Assembly (NCBI GenBank): GCA_964570535.1
Contig: CAZMYP010000002.1
Coordinates: 3,012 to 67,011 of the forward strand
Reading direction: 5' to 3'
DNA from: an uncultured Herbinix sp.
GTDB taxonomy: Bacteria; Bacillota; Clostridia; Lachnospirales; Lachnospiraceae
Length of the DNA: 64,000 nt
Shown here piece by piece: positions 1 through 9,792 of this stretch. Within the stretch, counting starts at the first letter, position 1; each line of letters begins with the position of its first letter. Below the pieces are notes generated by a model. That model was not told the origin of the DNA, did not search any database, and saw nothing but the letters and a program-made list of their open reading frames with translations. The position numbers were made by a program, and so were the translations under genes.

Positions 1-1815
1 GGAATAGTATACCAGCATCTTATGTTCCGGATTAGTGGTAACCCACTCTACAGGCTGAAGGACATGAGGATGGGTTCCAATCACCAAATCCACACCAAGT
101 TCATAATAAAAATTCACTAGGTCTTTTTGAGAATTGACAGGCTCATAGACATATTCTGTACCCCAATGGGGAAAAACAATAACAAAATCTGCATCTTCAT
201 GGGCTTTCTTAATATCCTTCTCCATCTGTTTTTTATCAAGCATATTTACAAGGTAGGGTTTATCATCAGGAAGCTGGTAGCCATTTAAGCTATAGGTATA
301 ATTAAGCATAGCAATTTTAAGGCCATTTTTTTCAATTATTGAAATCCTATTACGGTCATCTTTGGATTTATTTATACCTAAGATAGATATATCGGGGTAA
401 TTAGACCAAAAATCAAAGGTATTATTAATCCCCTTTTCTCCCTTGTCCATAGTATGGTTGGTTGCATGAAGAACCACATCAAAACCCACATCAACTAAGG
501 CTTCTCCAATTTCTGTTGGAGAATTAAAGGCAGGATAACCGGAATACGAGAACTGTTCTCCGCCCAATATAGTCTCTTGATTCACAACTGCTATATCCGC
601 AGCCTCAATCTCCTCCATAATTTCATCATACAAATGGTCATAATTATAAGTACCATCTTCTTGTTTACCGCTATTTACTACTTCAATATGGATTAGATTG
701 TCACCTGCGGCTAGAAGAGATACTTGATTATGGTTATCTGTATTAAGGACCTGATCAGGAAGTACAGAGGGGGTCTTTCCATACCACTCCTTTAGGTTGA
801 ATTCGGACCAACGCCTTATAGAGCCTTCATCGAAGGTCCAGGAAGGAGTTCTAATTGGATAGTCCATCTCTGCTTCATAATACCAAGGATCTTGGGGATG
901 AAGAGGGTTTGTAAGTATATGAAAATCCTGAGCAGGCATATAACCCTGTGCTAATAAAAAGCAGCGATTACCAGCTTCATCATAGGCCATATCTATAACC
1001 ATTACACAATGTCCAGGGTTACCCCCCTCAAGAAGAATATCTCCGGGAAGTAAGTCCTCCAATGAAATGGTGGTGCTTTCAGCTGTTAGGGAAAGAGTTC
1101 CAGCATAGGAAAATACCATTTCCATGTATTTTAAGAAGGATTCATAGGAATCATTATAGGATGAAGATAAATTCCAACGAACATCATTTCCATCTACTAC
1201 TATGCGATTCCCGTCTCTCCATTTGGAATATTCCATATAAAAGCCATTGGTTAGATGAAAAGCAATTTCATCATATTTTTGAAGGGACCAATAATATTCT
1301 CCATATATACGCATAATGGAATCCGCACATTGTTGCAAATCCCTTTCTCCTACAGTAATATCAAATATAGCAACGTGATTATCCTGATTATTAATAGGTG
1401 AGCCCTTATAGGTAAAGACCTGGCTATCATGGTTCTTTAAAGGTAGGGTTCTAATAAAGCCTGTTATTTCTTCGGTTGATGAGGGAACACGGACAAATCC
1501 CTCTGGAACTAATATACGGGTATCTAAAGAGCTACCCTCTGGATTAACGAAAATATGGGGTTCTGAATTCTTATTATCCATAATATTGTTATCAGTAAGG
1601 CTCTTATCTTCAAGGGACTTATCATCTGGACTTATATTTGTTTCACTATGCTGGTCCTCCACAGGATCAATAAGCTGGTCCCCCACGGGGTCAATAAGCT
1701 GGTCCCCTTCTTTTTTTGTACAAGCCCCAGCTAATAGGAATAATGCAATTATAAGTAGGAAAAGCTTAATAGTTATAAGCTTTGTATACTTAATTGGTGT
1801 ATTATTTTCTTTCAT
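1..1815 (-). CDS. DUF4846 + CapA/PGA_cap metallophosphatase fusion lipoprotein (3' end runs off the window)
   Basis: Not in the ORF track; translated by hand from ATG 1815 (RBS GGAGG). Lipobox-like LLAGAC, then DLQQCADS...YAGTLSL...PGHCVMV...LAQGYMPAQDFH (DUF4846), then AAGDNLIH, NQET, ATNHTMD, PHWGTEY, GTHPHVLQP (CapA family). Frame stays open to base 1. Confidence 0.88.
   Translation of the reverse strand, partial: MKENNTPIKYTKLITIKLFLLIIALFLLAGACTKKEGDQLIDPVGDQLIDPVEDQHSETNISPDDKSLEDKSLTDNNIMDNKNSEPHIFVNPEGSSLDTRILVPEGFVRVPSSTEEITGFIRTLPLKNHDSQVFTYKGSPINNQDNHVAIFDITVGERDLQQCADSIMRIYGEYYWSLQKYDEIAFHLTNGFYMEYSKWRDGNRIVVDGNDVRWNLSSSYNDSYESFLKYMEMVFSYAGTLSLTAESTTISLEDLLPGDILLEGGNPGHCVMVIDMAYDEAGNRCFLLAQGYMPAQDFHILTNPLHPQDPWYYEAEMDYPIRTPSWTFDEGSIRRWSEFNLKEWYGKTPSVLPDQVLNTDNHNQVSLLAAGDNLIHIEVVNSGKQEDGTYNYDHLYDEIMEEIEAADIAVVNQETILGGEQFSYSGYPAFNSPTEIGEALVDVGFDVVLHATNHTMDKGEKGINNTFDFWSNYPDISILGINKSKDDRNRISIIEKNGLKIAMLNYTYSLNGYQLPDDKPYLVNMLDKKQMEKDIKKAHEDADFVIVFPHWGTEYVYEPVNSQKDLVNFYYELGVDLVIGTHPHVLQPVEWVTTNPEHKMLVYYS
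1660..1707 (-). repeat. 24-bp coding tandem repeat (about 2 copies, GDQLIDPV) in the lipoprotein linker
   Basis: tcaataagctggtcccc occurs twice, 24 bp apart. Confidence 0.8.
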
Positions 1816-1933
1816 ATGGCCTCCTTCATGACTATCAATTACTTATCATAAGATTATAGCATAATATTATAAGATATGCACCAAGGTTAGTCATTATTTG
1901 TAAGGGAATCTGGAGAAATAGTCATGTTAGTAT

Positions 1934-1962
1934 TTGACAACAGTAAAAACAAATGCTATACT
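1934..1962 (+). promoter_or_regulatory. sigmaA promoter for the T-box/metG transcript
   Basis: TTGACA-17 bp-TATACT with extended -10 TG. Confidence 0.85.
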
Positions 1963-1983
1963 TTAATTTAAATATAAGGTTAA

Positions 1984-2246
1984 AAGCAATGAAGAGAAGA
2001 GTAATTAGTGGAGTGGTCAACAGAGAACCCTGGTAGCTGAGAAGGGGAGATTCACGTTAAGCTAATGAAGATGGTCTTGGAGCAGCACACCGAGGAAGGA
2101 ATTTTTAGGCTGTGACGGTAGCATCCGTTATAATGCTAGGCTGTAAAGGCAGCGACAAAGGCCTATTATCGCAAGATATAGGTAAATTAAAGTGGTACCA
2201 CGGGAATTCCTCTCGTCTTTATATAATAAAGATGGGGGATTTTTTT
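1984..2246 (+). promoter_or_regulatory. T-box riboswitch (Met specifier)
   Basis: AGTA, AGAGA and GCTGAGA stem-I motifs; specifier GAAG-ATG at 2071-2073; T-box AAAGTGGTACCACGG at about 2189-2203; terminator stem 2207-2240 plus a T-run; lies upstream of metG. Confidence 0.93.
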
Positions 2247-2247
2247 A

Positions 2248-2399
2248 TATAATAGGAAAGTTCGTCCTATTATATAAAAATGCTCCGCAAGGATGCGCAC
2301 TCGCGCGTTTTGTATTTAGCCAGCAAGCTGGCCGCGCTTGGCGCGAGGGTTCCGCAAGCGAAACCCTTTCTTGTATAATAGGAAAGTTAGTCCTATTAT
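2248..2399. repeat. Structured insert: 84-bp GC-rich dispersed repeat (copy 1, 2292-2375) between two 26-bp hairpin direct repeats
   Basis: tataataggaaagtt(c/a)gtcctattat at 2248-2273 and 2374-2399; the core matches 28684-28767 at 80/84 nt. Confidence 0.9.
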
Positions 2400-2454
2400 G
2401 ATAAAAACAAAGAATAATACAAAGAAAGACAACCATAATAGAAAGGAAGAAATC

Positions 2455-4443
2455 ATGAGTAAGAAGCCGTATTATATTACAACAGCCATAGCCTATACTT
2501 CAGGCAAGCCCCACATAGGTAATACCTATGAAATCGTATTAGGGGATAGCATAGCTAGATTTAAGAGATGGGAAGGCTATGATGTATTTTATCAAACTGG
2601 AACTGATGAGCATGGTCAGAAAATCGAACAAAAGGCAAAAGAGGTAGGTATTAGCCCTCAAGATTACGTGGATCAAATTGCAGGTAGCATTAAGGAGAAC
2701 TGGGATTTGATGAACACCTCCTATGATAAATTTATCCGAACTACTGATGCGGATCATGTAGAGCAGATACAAAAGATATTTAAAAGATTATATAAGCAGG
2801 GAGACATATATAAGAGTTACTATGAGGGCATGTATTGTACCCCTTGTGAGTCATTCTTTACCTCTTCACAGCTTAAGGATGGTAAATGCCCTGATTGTAA
2901 CAGAGAGGTTCAGCAAGCTAAAGAGGAGGCTTATTTTTTGAAGCTAAGTAAATATTCAGATCGTTTGATAGCTCATATTAATGAGAATCCTGAATTTATT
3001 CAGCCTGAATCTAGGAAGCATGAGATGATGAATAATTTCCTTATACCTGGACTACAGGATTTGTGTGTATCTAGAACCTCCTTTAAATGGGGTATTCCCG
3101 TAGACTTTGATGATAAGCACGTAGTTTATGTATGGCTCGATGCCCTAAGTAATTATATTACTGGAATCGGTTATGATGCAGATGGTAACAGCAGTGAGCA
3201 GTTTAAGAAATATTGGCCTGCAGATCTACATCTTATTGGTAAGGATATATTAAGATTCCATACGATTTATTGGCCAATTATGCTTATGGCATTAGATGTA
3301 GCTCTTCCAAAGCAGATATTTGGTCATCCGTGGCTTCTCCAGGGAAATGCAGGGGATAAGATGAGTAAGTCAAAGGGAAATGTTTTATATGCAGAGGACT
3401 TAGTTAAGCTATTTTCAGTGGACGGAGTAAGGTATTTTGTTCTACATGAGATGCCCTTTGACAATGATGGAATTATCACCTGGGAGCTATTAGTCGAAAG
3501 GATTAATTCCGAACTTGCCAATACACTAGGTAATCTTGTAAATAGAACTATATCTATGTCAAATAAATATTTTGATGGTATTGTACGTGATGGCAAGGTA
3601 ACTGAAGCAGTAGATGGAGAGCTAATTAAGCGGGCACTAGAAACACCCGGCAAGGTTATTTCTAAAATGGAGAAGCTTAGAGTTGCAGATGCAATCAGTG
3701 AAATATTCAACTTGTTTAAGCGCTGTAATAAATATATTGATGAAACCATGCCTTGGATATTGGCTAAGGATGAGGATAAGAAGGCTCGACTTGAAACTGT
3801 TCTCTATAATCTTGTAGAGAGCATCTGTATTGGAACTAGCCTATTAAAGCCCTTTATGCCCGAGACTGCAGACAGAATTTTTTCTCAGCTATCAGCTAGA
3901 GAGAGAACTATTGAAGAAATAAAGGAATATGGCTTGTATCCATCTGGAACACAGGTAACATCTCAACCAGAAATATTATTTGCAAGACTGGATATTAAAG
4001 AGGTTCTGGAGCAGGTAGAAGCAGCAAAGGCCGAGAATAATGAAGAGGTGGAGGATCAAGCTAGTAAAACAGTGCAAGAGGAGGCAGCCACAGATGCTAT
4101 AGATATTGAAGCAAAGCCGGAAATAACCTACGATGATTTTGCTAAGCTACAGTTTCAGATAGGTGAAATTATTGCCTGTGAAGAGGTTAAGAAATCCAAG
4201 AAGCTTTTATGCTCCCAGGTTAAGATAGGCTCTGAGGTAAAGCAGATTGTATCAGGGATTAAAGCCAACTATACCGCAGAAGAAATGGTAGGAAAGAAGG
4301 TTATGGTTATTGTTAATCTTAAGCCGGCAACCTTAGCTGGACTTATATCAGAGGGAATGCTACTGTGTGCAGAAAATGCAGAGGGTAACCTGGCATTAAT
4401 GGTTCCTGAAAGACCAATGCCTTCAGGAGCAGAAATCAGTTAA
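2455..4443 (+). CDS. metG: Methionyl-tRNA synthetase
   Basis: HIGN (HIGH-type) and KMSKS motifs, CxxC zinc knuckle, C-terminal tRNA-binding OB domain; start moved to ATG 2455 after AAAGGAAG. Confidence 0.98.
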   Translation: MSKKPYYITTAIAYTSGKPHIGNTYEIVLGDSIARFKRWEGYDVFYQTGTDEHGQKIEQKAKEVGISPQDYVDQIAGSIKENWDLMNTSYDKFIRTTDADHVEQIQKIFKRLYKQGDIYKSYYEGMYCTPCESFFTSSQLKDGKCPDCNREVQQAKEEAYFLKLSKYSDRLIAHINENPEFIQPESRKHEMMNNFLIPGLQDLCVSRTSFKWGIPVDFDDKHVVYVWLDALSNYITGIGYDADGNSSEQFKKYWPADLHLIGKDILRFHTIYWPIMLMALDVALPKQIFGHPWLLQGNAGDKMSKSKGNVLYAEDLVKLFSVDGVRYFVLHEMPFDNDGIITWELLVERINSELANTLGNLVNRTISMSNKYFDGIVRDGKVTEAVDGELIKRALETPGKVISKMEKLRVADAISEIFNLFKRCNKYIDETMPWILAKDEDKKARLETVLYNLVESICIGTSLLKPFMPETADRIFSQLSARERTIEEIKEYGLYPSGTQVTSQPEILFARLDIKEVLEQVEAAKAENNEEVEDQASKTVQEEAATDAIDIEAKPEITYDDFAKLQFQIGEIIACEEVKKSKKLLCSQVKIGSEVKQIVSGIKANYTAEEMVGKKVMVIVNLKPATLAGLISEGMLLCAENAEGNLALMVPERPMPSGAEIS

Positions 4444-4644
4444 TTCATGGGGCTGTTTCATAATTGCCAGCGACACATCTATATTTCAACATACGCTGAT
4501 TAGGCGGACAATATACTGTAATTTGTATGTCTTTTCCGGACTTATCGTCCGTAACGACCATACAAATAGAGGTAATTGTCCGCCTAAATTTGTACTTAGG
4601 GAATATAGATATGTCGCTTTGATATTATGAAATAGCCCCATGAA
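4444..4644. repeat. 201-bp nested fold-back element (MITE-like; may also act as a bidirectional terminator)
   Basis: 21-bp terminal inverted repeats with 1 mismatch, plus four further nested inverted segments, between convergent genes. Confidence 0.8.
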
Positions 4645-4653
4645 ACTATATCA

Positions 4654-6414
4654 TCAGCGGCTGGTGTCATTATCTAACCAAAGCATAATATTATCTTCGA
4701 TTATGCTAAATTGAGCAGGACCTATATCTAGGAGAAACTTGTGGAAATCCTTTGGATTAAAATTCTCGCCTTGGGCTTTCTCGGCAATATCCCTAAGCTC
4801 CAAAATCTCTAAGTAACCCACAGCATATGGAAGATAGACAGCAGGCTCTTCTAGAAGAGTTTCATAAATTTCTGTGGAGATATCCTCATCACCTGCAAAG
4901 CCATTTATATAGGTTACAGCATATGATTTGTCCCATCCCTCATAATGAATGCCTATATCTGCCCTAGCATACATCATAAGAATCAATTCATTATTTATCT
5001 TAAACAAGGAGGCTAAGTCCTTATCAATTCCTGAAAGCTCATAAGAGTAATATTCTACATAGGTGGCCCATCCTTCAGCGTAGCCAATAAAATCAAGGAT
5101 GTTTCTAATAGGAGCAGGATTTTGGCTTTTAAAATATACATTTTGATAGAGATGACCAGGATAACCTTCATGGGCAACCGTCGTATATATTGTTGATAAG
5201 GTATCGCTATCATTTCCATTTATGTAGATATTATTGTTAGTATAATTATCAATAGCAGGAACTAGATACATGGCAGGACTTAAATAGTCTGATAAGGATT
5301 CATGAACATATTTGATATCACAGTTAACGTCAACAGGCTCTGGAAAATCAACAAGAATTGCTTGTTTTAAATCCCCTAAGATATCCTCAGGATCCGTCAA
5401 GGGAAATCCAGAAAATCCATCAAATTTTTCTATAAGGGATTGTTCGGCAACAGCCAGTTTAGTTATAGCAAGAATACCATCTGCAATGGAGGTATCCAGT
5501 AGATCAATAAGTTCGGTCATACTTTTATCAGAGCCAGTTTTAAACTTGGCAAGAGCTTCATAATAGGCCTTACCATCGGGGAAATGATATAGACCACCAT
5601 TGTTAACTCCGGTTCCCTTAAGCTCCTGGAGAACATCAATTAAGAGCTCATAGGAGGGTATAATATATTCTTGAACCCCCTGAAGGTTTTGCTTTTTATA
5701 ATTATCTAGCTCTTTTTGTGATAGATCATTAAAGGAGTCAACCTTCTCATCAAAATATTCAATAAGCAGGTTATCCTCAGGGACAGATATAAAGGCTTCA
5801 GCTTGTTCTATAATCCTATCTGCCACAGCATCAGTCATAAATAAACCTTGCTTGGACTTTTCTCTTTCAAATTCTGCGATATCTTCAAAGTAATCATAGA
5901 CACAGGGCAGGAGCTCTAGGTAACTGTCGATATCATCCTTATCATAAAAATTATATTCTGCAAGTAAAATAGGCAACTGGGCCTGCAAACCAGTTGTTGG
6001 TCCAAGAGATTCCGTATAGTAAATATAATTACCTAATTCGAGTTCTTGCTCCATATAATATTTCAAAATATCATAGGTTAGCTGTTGATCAGGAGTTAGC
6101 TTATTAAAGTCAAAACTTTGTAGATCCTTAAGCCTCTCTTTTGTGTAGCCCACTGCATCCTTCATTGTACTTGCACTAAACTCACCCAGGGTGGCTTTAG
6201 TCCTTTTGATTCCATAGTCCTCAGGCCGAGAAAGAGTATAATTTAATGAAATTGTGTCAGACTGAACATCTTCAACAAAAAGATCATAGATAAATTCATC
6301 AAATTGACTTTGTTGGTCCTGTGAAGATGTTAATCGTTTGCATCCACCACTTAAAATCATGGTAAAAGATAATACACCTAGTAATAATAATAGTTTTATT
6401 TTGTTTATAAACAT
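4654..6414 (-). CDS. DUF885 family lipoprotein (putative metallopeptidase)
   Basis: Lipobox LSGGC; HEGYPGHLYQ, EGWATYVE, YAVGYLEI, FH...GP motifs; start at ATG 6414 with GGAGG. Confidence 0.9.
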   Translation of the reverse strand: MFINKIKLLLLLGVLSFTMILSGGCKRLTSSQDQQSQFDEFIYDLFVEDVQSDTISLNYTLSRPEDYGIKRTKATLGEFSASTMKDAVGYTKERLKDLQSFDFNKLTPDQQLTYDILKYYMEQELELGNYIYYTESLGPTTGLQAQLPILLAEYNFYDKDDIDSYLELLPCVYDYFEDIAEFEREKSKQGLFMTDAVADRIIEQAEAFISVPEDNLLIEYFDEKVDSFNDLSQKELDNYKKQNLQGVQEYIIPSYELLIDVLQELKGTGVNNGGLYHFPDGKAYYEALAKFKTGSDKSMTELIDLLDTSIADGILAITKLAVAEQSLIEKFDGFSGFPLTDPEDILGDLKQAILVDFPEPVDVNCDIKYVHESLSDYLSPAMYLVPAIDNYTNNNIYINGNDSDTLSTIYTTVAHEGYPGHLYQNVYFKSQNPAPIRNILDFIGYAEGWATYVEYYSYELSGIDKDLASLFKINNELILMMYARADIGIHYEGWDKSYAVTYINGFAGDEDISTEIYETLLEEPAVYLPYAVGYLEILELRDIAEKAQGENFNPKDFHKFLLDIGPAQFSIIEDNIMLWLDNDTSR

Positions 6415-6528
6415 TCCAACCTCCAAATTTAATATCATTATACTTTCTAAAGTTTATTCTCACTAAGATGTCATAAGAAGTAAAAATATCGTATTGCCCA
6501 TTTCATAGGTCACCAATTGATATCCTCT

Positions 6529-6555
6529 TAAGTTTTATCTGTTAAAAGCCGAAAT
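6529..6555 (+). promoter_or_regulatory. Putative sigma28 (FliA/SigD) promoter
   Basis: TAAG-N15-GCCGAAAT versus consensus TAAA-N15-GCCGATAW, upstream of flagellar genes. Confidence 0.65.
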
Positions 6556-6655
6556 ATAAGCTGTAATGAATTAATTATAACAGACATTGTAAAAAATTAA
6601 AGAAAATATAATTAAAAGCCAATTATATGACACCTGGGAAGGATTTGATATATAA

Positions 6656-9600
6656 ATGAGAACTAACACAATAACAGATAAGGGATTAGACTTAATTATA
6701 GAAGTGTTGCGCCAATCTCAAGCTATTAGCGCAAGGATACAGGAAGAAGAAAAAAAAGATGCTCTTGATGTTAAAGAAAATAAACAATTATTTTCTTCTA
6801 ATAAAGCAAGAGCTTTTACAATGCAACCCAATACTGATGGAGACATATTATTATCTAGAAAGGGCCATTCTGTTGGACAGCGCAAAAGAGACGAATCCTA
6901 TCAGACAAGCAAAGGTCAGATGGAAGATATTCTTAATAGATTAACAGCACAGGATTATAAAAGGCTGGAGGAAGAGGGCTTTAAGGTTGAGGATTTAACC
7001 ATAGAATCCTTGTCAAATGCTATTTCTGTAATTAAGGATTATAGTGAAGGTAGAGCCAGTACAAAGACAAAGTCTATAAAGGCTTCTGGTAGCATATCTG
7101 AGGAAAACATTAAGGATAAAATGGAGGAGGAAAATCTTCCAGTTACAAAGGAATCCCTTGATAGGGTCAGTATAGCCTTAACCTTAAGTGAATGTATACC
7201 TATTTTAAATAAAAATGATTTATTATATCTATTTCAAAGGAGGCTTTCACCAACCATTGACAACCTATATAAGGCAAGATATAGCAGCCAGAGTAATGAT
7301 TCCCCTAAGCAGCTTAGTGATTCAGAATGGAAGGAGCTTGAGGGGCAGGTTAAGGAAATTATAGAGAAGGCCGGTATTATAGTGGACAATGAAATACTTC
7401 AGGGATCCAAGTGGCTAATAGAAAACGATATTCCTATTAATATAGATAGTATTAACCAACTAATAGGTCTTGAGAAATTAACTAAGACCTATAACAAGGA
7501 TGAAATATTTGATAAGGTTATAAAGGGAATGAGGGAAGGAGCCTTACCAGGAGAGGTTGCATTAATAGATAGGGATAAGCTTGATATAACCTATGAAGAG
7601 CAATCAAGGGATGGAAGAGGCAGGGAGCTTACTGCTAAAAGACAGCTAGAAGAAATTCGACTAAAGATGATAAAAGAAGCTGCAATTCGCTTAGAGAAAA
7701 AAGGATTTAATATAGACACTCAAGCCTTAGAGAGGATAGTTGATAAGCTAAGGCTTGAGGAAGAAATATATTATAAGGAGCTATATAATCAGACTGGCTC
7801 CCAATCCCTGGAAGAGGCTATTGATCTTTTGCATGCGACCACAGCAAGTATAGATCAGTTAAAAGCCATCCCCATCCAAGTACTTGGAAGGACTCTTAAT
7901 GATAGGAGCAGGGAAACAGTCTCTAGCTTACTAGACAAGGGACAAGCACTTATATCAGAACTAGAAAAGGCAAAGGAAGCGTATGAACCCTTGCTTACAA
8001 GGCCCAAAGCTGAGTATGGAGACAGTATCAAGAAGGCATTTGATAACTTGGGATCTCTTATGGAGGAAATGAATATCGAGGATACAGAATACAACAAAAG
8101 AGCTATAAGAATTCTGGCCTATAACCAAATGGAGATAACAAAGGAAACTATAGAACAGGTTAAAGCTTATGACCTTAGGGTGGAGTATCTTATTCAGAAC
8201 CTAAATCCCGAGGTAACTGTTCATATAATCAAGGAAGGTATAAATCCGCTTAATATGCCCATAGATGACCTAAATAGCCGTATTGAGGACTTAAAGGAGC
8301 AGGGTTATTCATCTCTTGATAAATATAGCTCATATCTATATAAACTGGAGAAGGATAAGGACATATCAGAGGAGGAGAGAAAAGCTTATATTGGTATATA
8401 TAGATTACTATATCAGGTAGATAAATCTGACGGCGCAGCCCTTGGAGCATTAATTAAATCTAATCAGGAGGTTACCTTAAATCACCTCTTAACAGCCCTT
8501 AGAACTAATAAAAAGGGACAAATGGACTATAAGGTTGATAAGGAATTTGGGGTTCTTGATAGAATTTCGTCTGAAAAGGAAAGCATATCAGATCAACTAG
8601 AAGCAGTATTTAATCAGGACTCAGCAGTTCAGGAGGAGATTCAAAATTCTATAGTTAAGCAACTTATAGATGGCCTGACACCAGAGAAATTACAGCGGCT
8701 TCAACAAAGGATGGAAGCCTTGGACTCTGACTCCAAGGGAGAGGGGACAAGGGGGACTGACATATGGGATACAATAGGAAATATGCCCATTGAACAGGTC
8801 TTGGAGCAGATAAAGAACAGTGACCAGGGTTCAGGAGAGAATCAAGCATATTATAATGATAAAATAAAAGAGCTACGATTAATATATAGTAACAGTGATC
8901 AAGCTATTCGATTTCTTAATGATTTTAAGCTTCCCAATACTATAACTAATTTAATACTAGCTGGGCAGATTTTAAGTAACAAAGGGACGGGATTTAAGAA
9001 GCTTTTTGGCTTAAATGCTAGTAAAGAAGAAGAAAAGGAACAAAAGTCAGAAATGCATCTTCAGAAAAACCCAGAACTATCCGATACATTAATCGACAAT
9101 AAAATCATGAGTGAAGCTTATGAACAGTTAGAACAAGAAGTGAAGGCTGTTATCAACCATGAGTCTGCAAGGGATCAGATAGATCATACTAAGCTAACTG
9201 ACCTAAAGAGTATGGGAAGGCAGATCCATTTTATTAATACTTTAGCAAAGAAGGAGTTTTATCATATTCCCATTGAAGCTAACGGTAGAATTACTAATAT
9301 TAATTTGACTATAATCAGAGGTAAAGCTGCTGGAGGAAAGGTTGCTGTTACACTTTCATCAGACAAGCTAGGAAGTATAAAGGCTGAAGCCACCTTAAAG
9401 GACAAGGTTCTAAGTGGTTATATTACTTGTGATTATATTGAAGGTCTTAGGATATTAGAATCACAACGTGCTCCTCTAGAATCAACTTTGCAGGAGGAAG
9501 ACATTGATGTCAAGCAGTTGAATTTCTGCCTACAGCAGGGAATGGATTCCTTTAGTACATATCAAAGTCCCCAGGATCTTGAAGGGGATAATAACCCTGA

Positions 9601-9688
9601 AAATGAAAGGCTTTTGTATCGAATAGCAAGGGCTATGATTAATATGATACAGCTAGCTGAAGAGTCTGTTGATTTGTACTCAAACTAA
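6656..9688 (+). CDS. Large flagellum-associated protein (DUF6240-like, FliK-like C-terminus)
   Basis: 1010 aa, helical; TAKRQLEEIRLKM, YIGIYRLL..VDKSDGAALG and C-terminal beta-rich segment; directly upstream of flagellin. Confidence 0.7.
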   Translation: MRTNTITDKGLDLIIEVLRQSQAISARIQEEEKKDALDVKENKQLFSSNKARAFTMQPNTDGDILLSRKGHSVGQRKRDESYQTSKGQMEDILNRLTAQDYKRLEEEGFKVEDLTIESLSNAISVIKDYSEGRASTKTKSIKASGSISEENIKDKMEEENLPVTKESLDRVSIALTLSECIPILNKNDLLYLFQRRLSPTIDNLYKARYSSQSNDSPKQLSDSEWKELEGQVKEIIEKAGIIVDNEILQGSKWLIENDIPINIDSINQLIGLEKLTKTYNKDEIFDKVIKGMREGALPGEVALIDRDKLDITYEEQSRDGRGRELTAKRQLEEIRLKMIKEAAIRLEKKGFNIDTQALERIVDKLRLEEEIYYKELYNQTGSQSLEEAIDLLHATTASIDQLKAIPIQVLGRTLNDRSRETVSSLLDKGQALISELEKAKEAYEPLLTRPKAEYGDSIKKAFDNLGSLMEEMNIEDTEYNKRAIRILAYNQMEITKETIEQVKAYDLRVEYLIQNLNPEVTVHIIKEGINPLNMPIDDLNSRIEDLKEQGYSSLDKYSSYLYKLEKDKDISEEERKAYIGIYRLLYQVDKSDGAALGALIKSNQEVTLNHLLTALRTNKKGQMDYKVDKEFGVLDRISSEKESISDQLEAVFNQDSAVQEEIQNSIVKQLIDGLTPEKLQRLQQRMEALDSDSKGEGTRGTDIWDTIGNMPIEQVLEQIKNSDQGSGENQAYYNDKIKELRLIYSNSDQAIRFLNDFKLPNTITNLILAGQILSNKGTGFKKLFGLNASKEEEKEQKSEMHLQKNPELSDTLIDNKIMSEAYEQLEQEVKAVINHESARDQIDHTKLTDLKSMGRQIHFINTLAKKEFYHIPIEANGRITNINLTIIRGKAAGGKVAVTLSSDKLGSIKAEATLKDKVLSGYITCDYIEGLRILESQRAPLESTLQEEDIDVKQLNFCLQQGMDSFSTYQSPQDLEGDNNPENERLLYRIARAMINMIQLAEESVDLYSN

Positions 9689-9698
9689 ATCGTTATAA

Positions 9699-9719
9699 TC
9701 GGCACATGGATGTAGCTGA
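9699..9719 (+). promoter_or_regulatory. Putative CsrA-binding hairpin in the flagellin leader
   Basis: ACATGGATGT stem-loop presenting GGA; further GGA motifs (CAAGGAG, AAAGGA) precede the ATG. Confidence 0.6.
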
Positions 9720-9792
9720 AAACATATAAAATAATTGCTGTCCATTGGTTCAAGGAGGGGCATGGCAGCCCGAAGAAAGGATTGTGAAGAAC

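Noticed and set aside
1062-1831. Plus-strand ORFs of 84 and 81 aa
   Set aside because: Shadows of the long minus-strand DUF4846-CapA gene; the other short antisense ORFs in the track were dismissed for the same reason.
2192-2454. Short ORFs and the N-terminal extension of metG in the ORF track
   Set aside because: They run through the T-box terminator and the repeat; the RBS and homology start at 2455.
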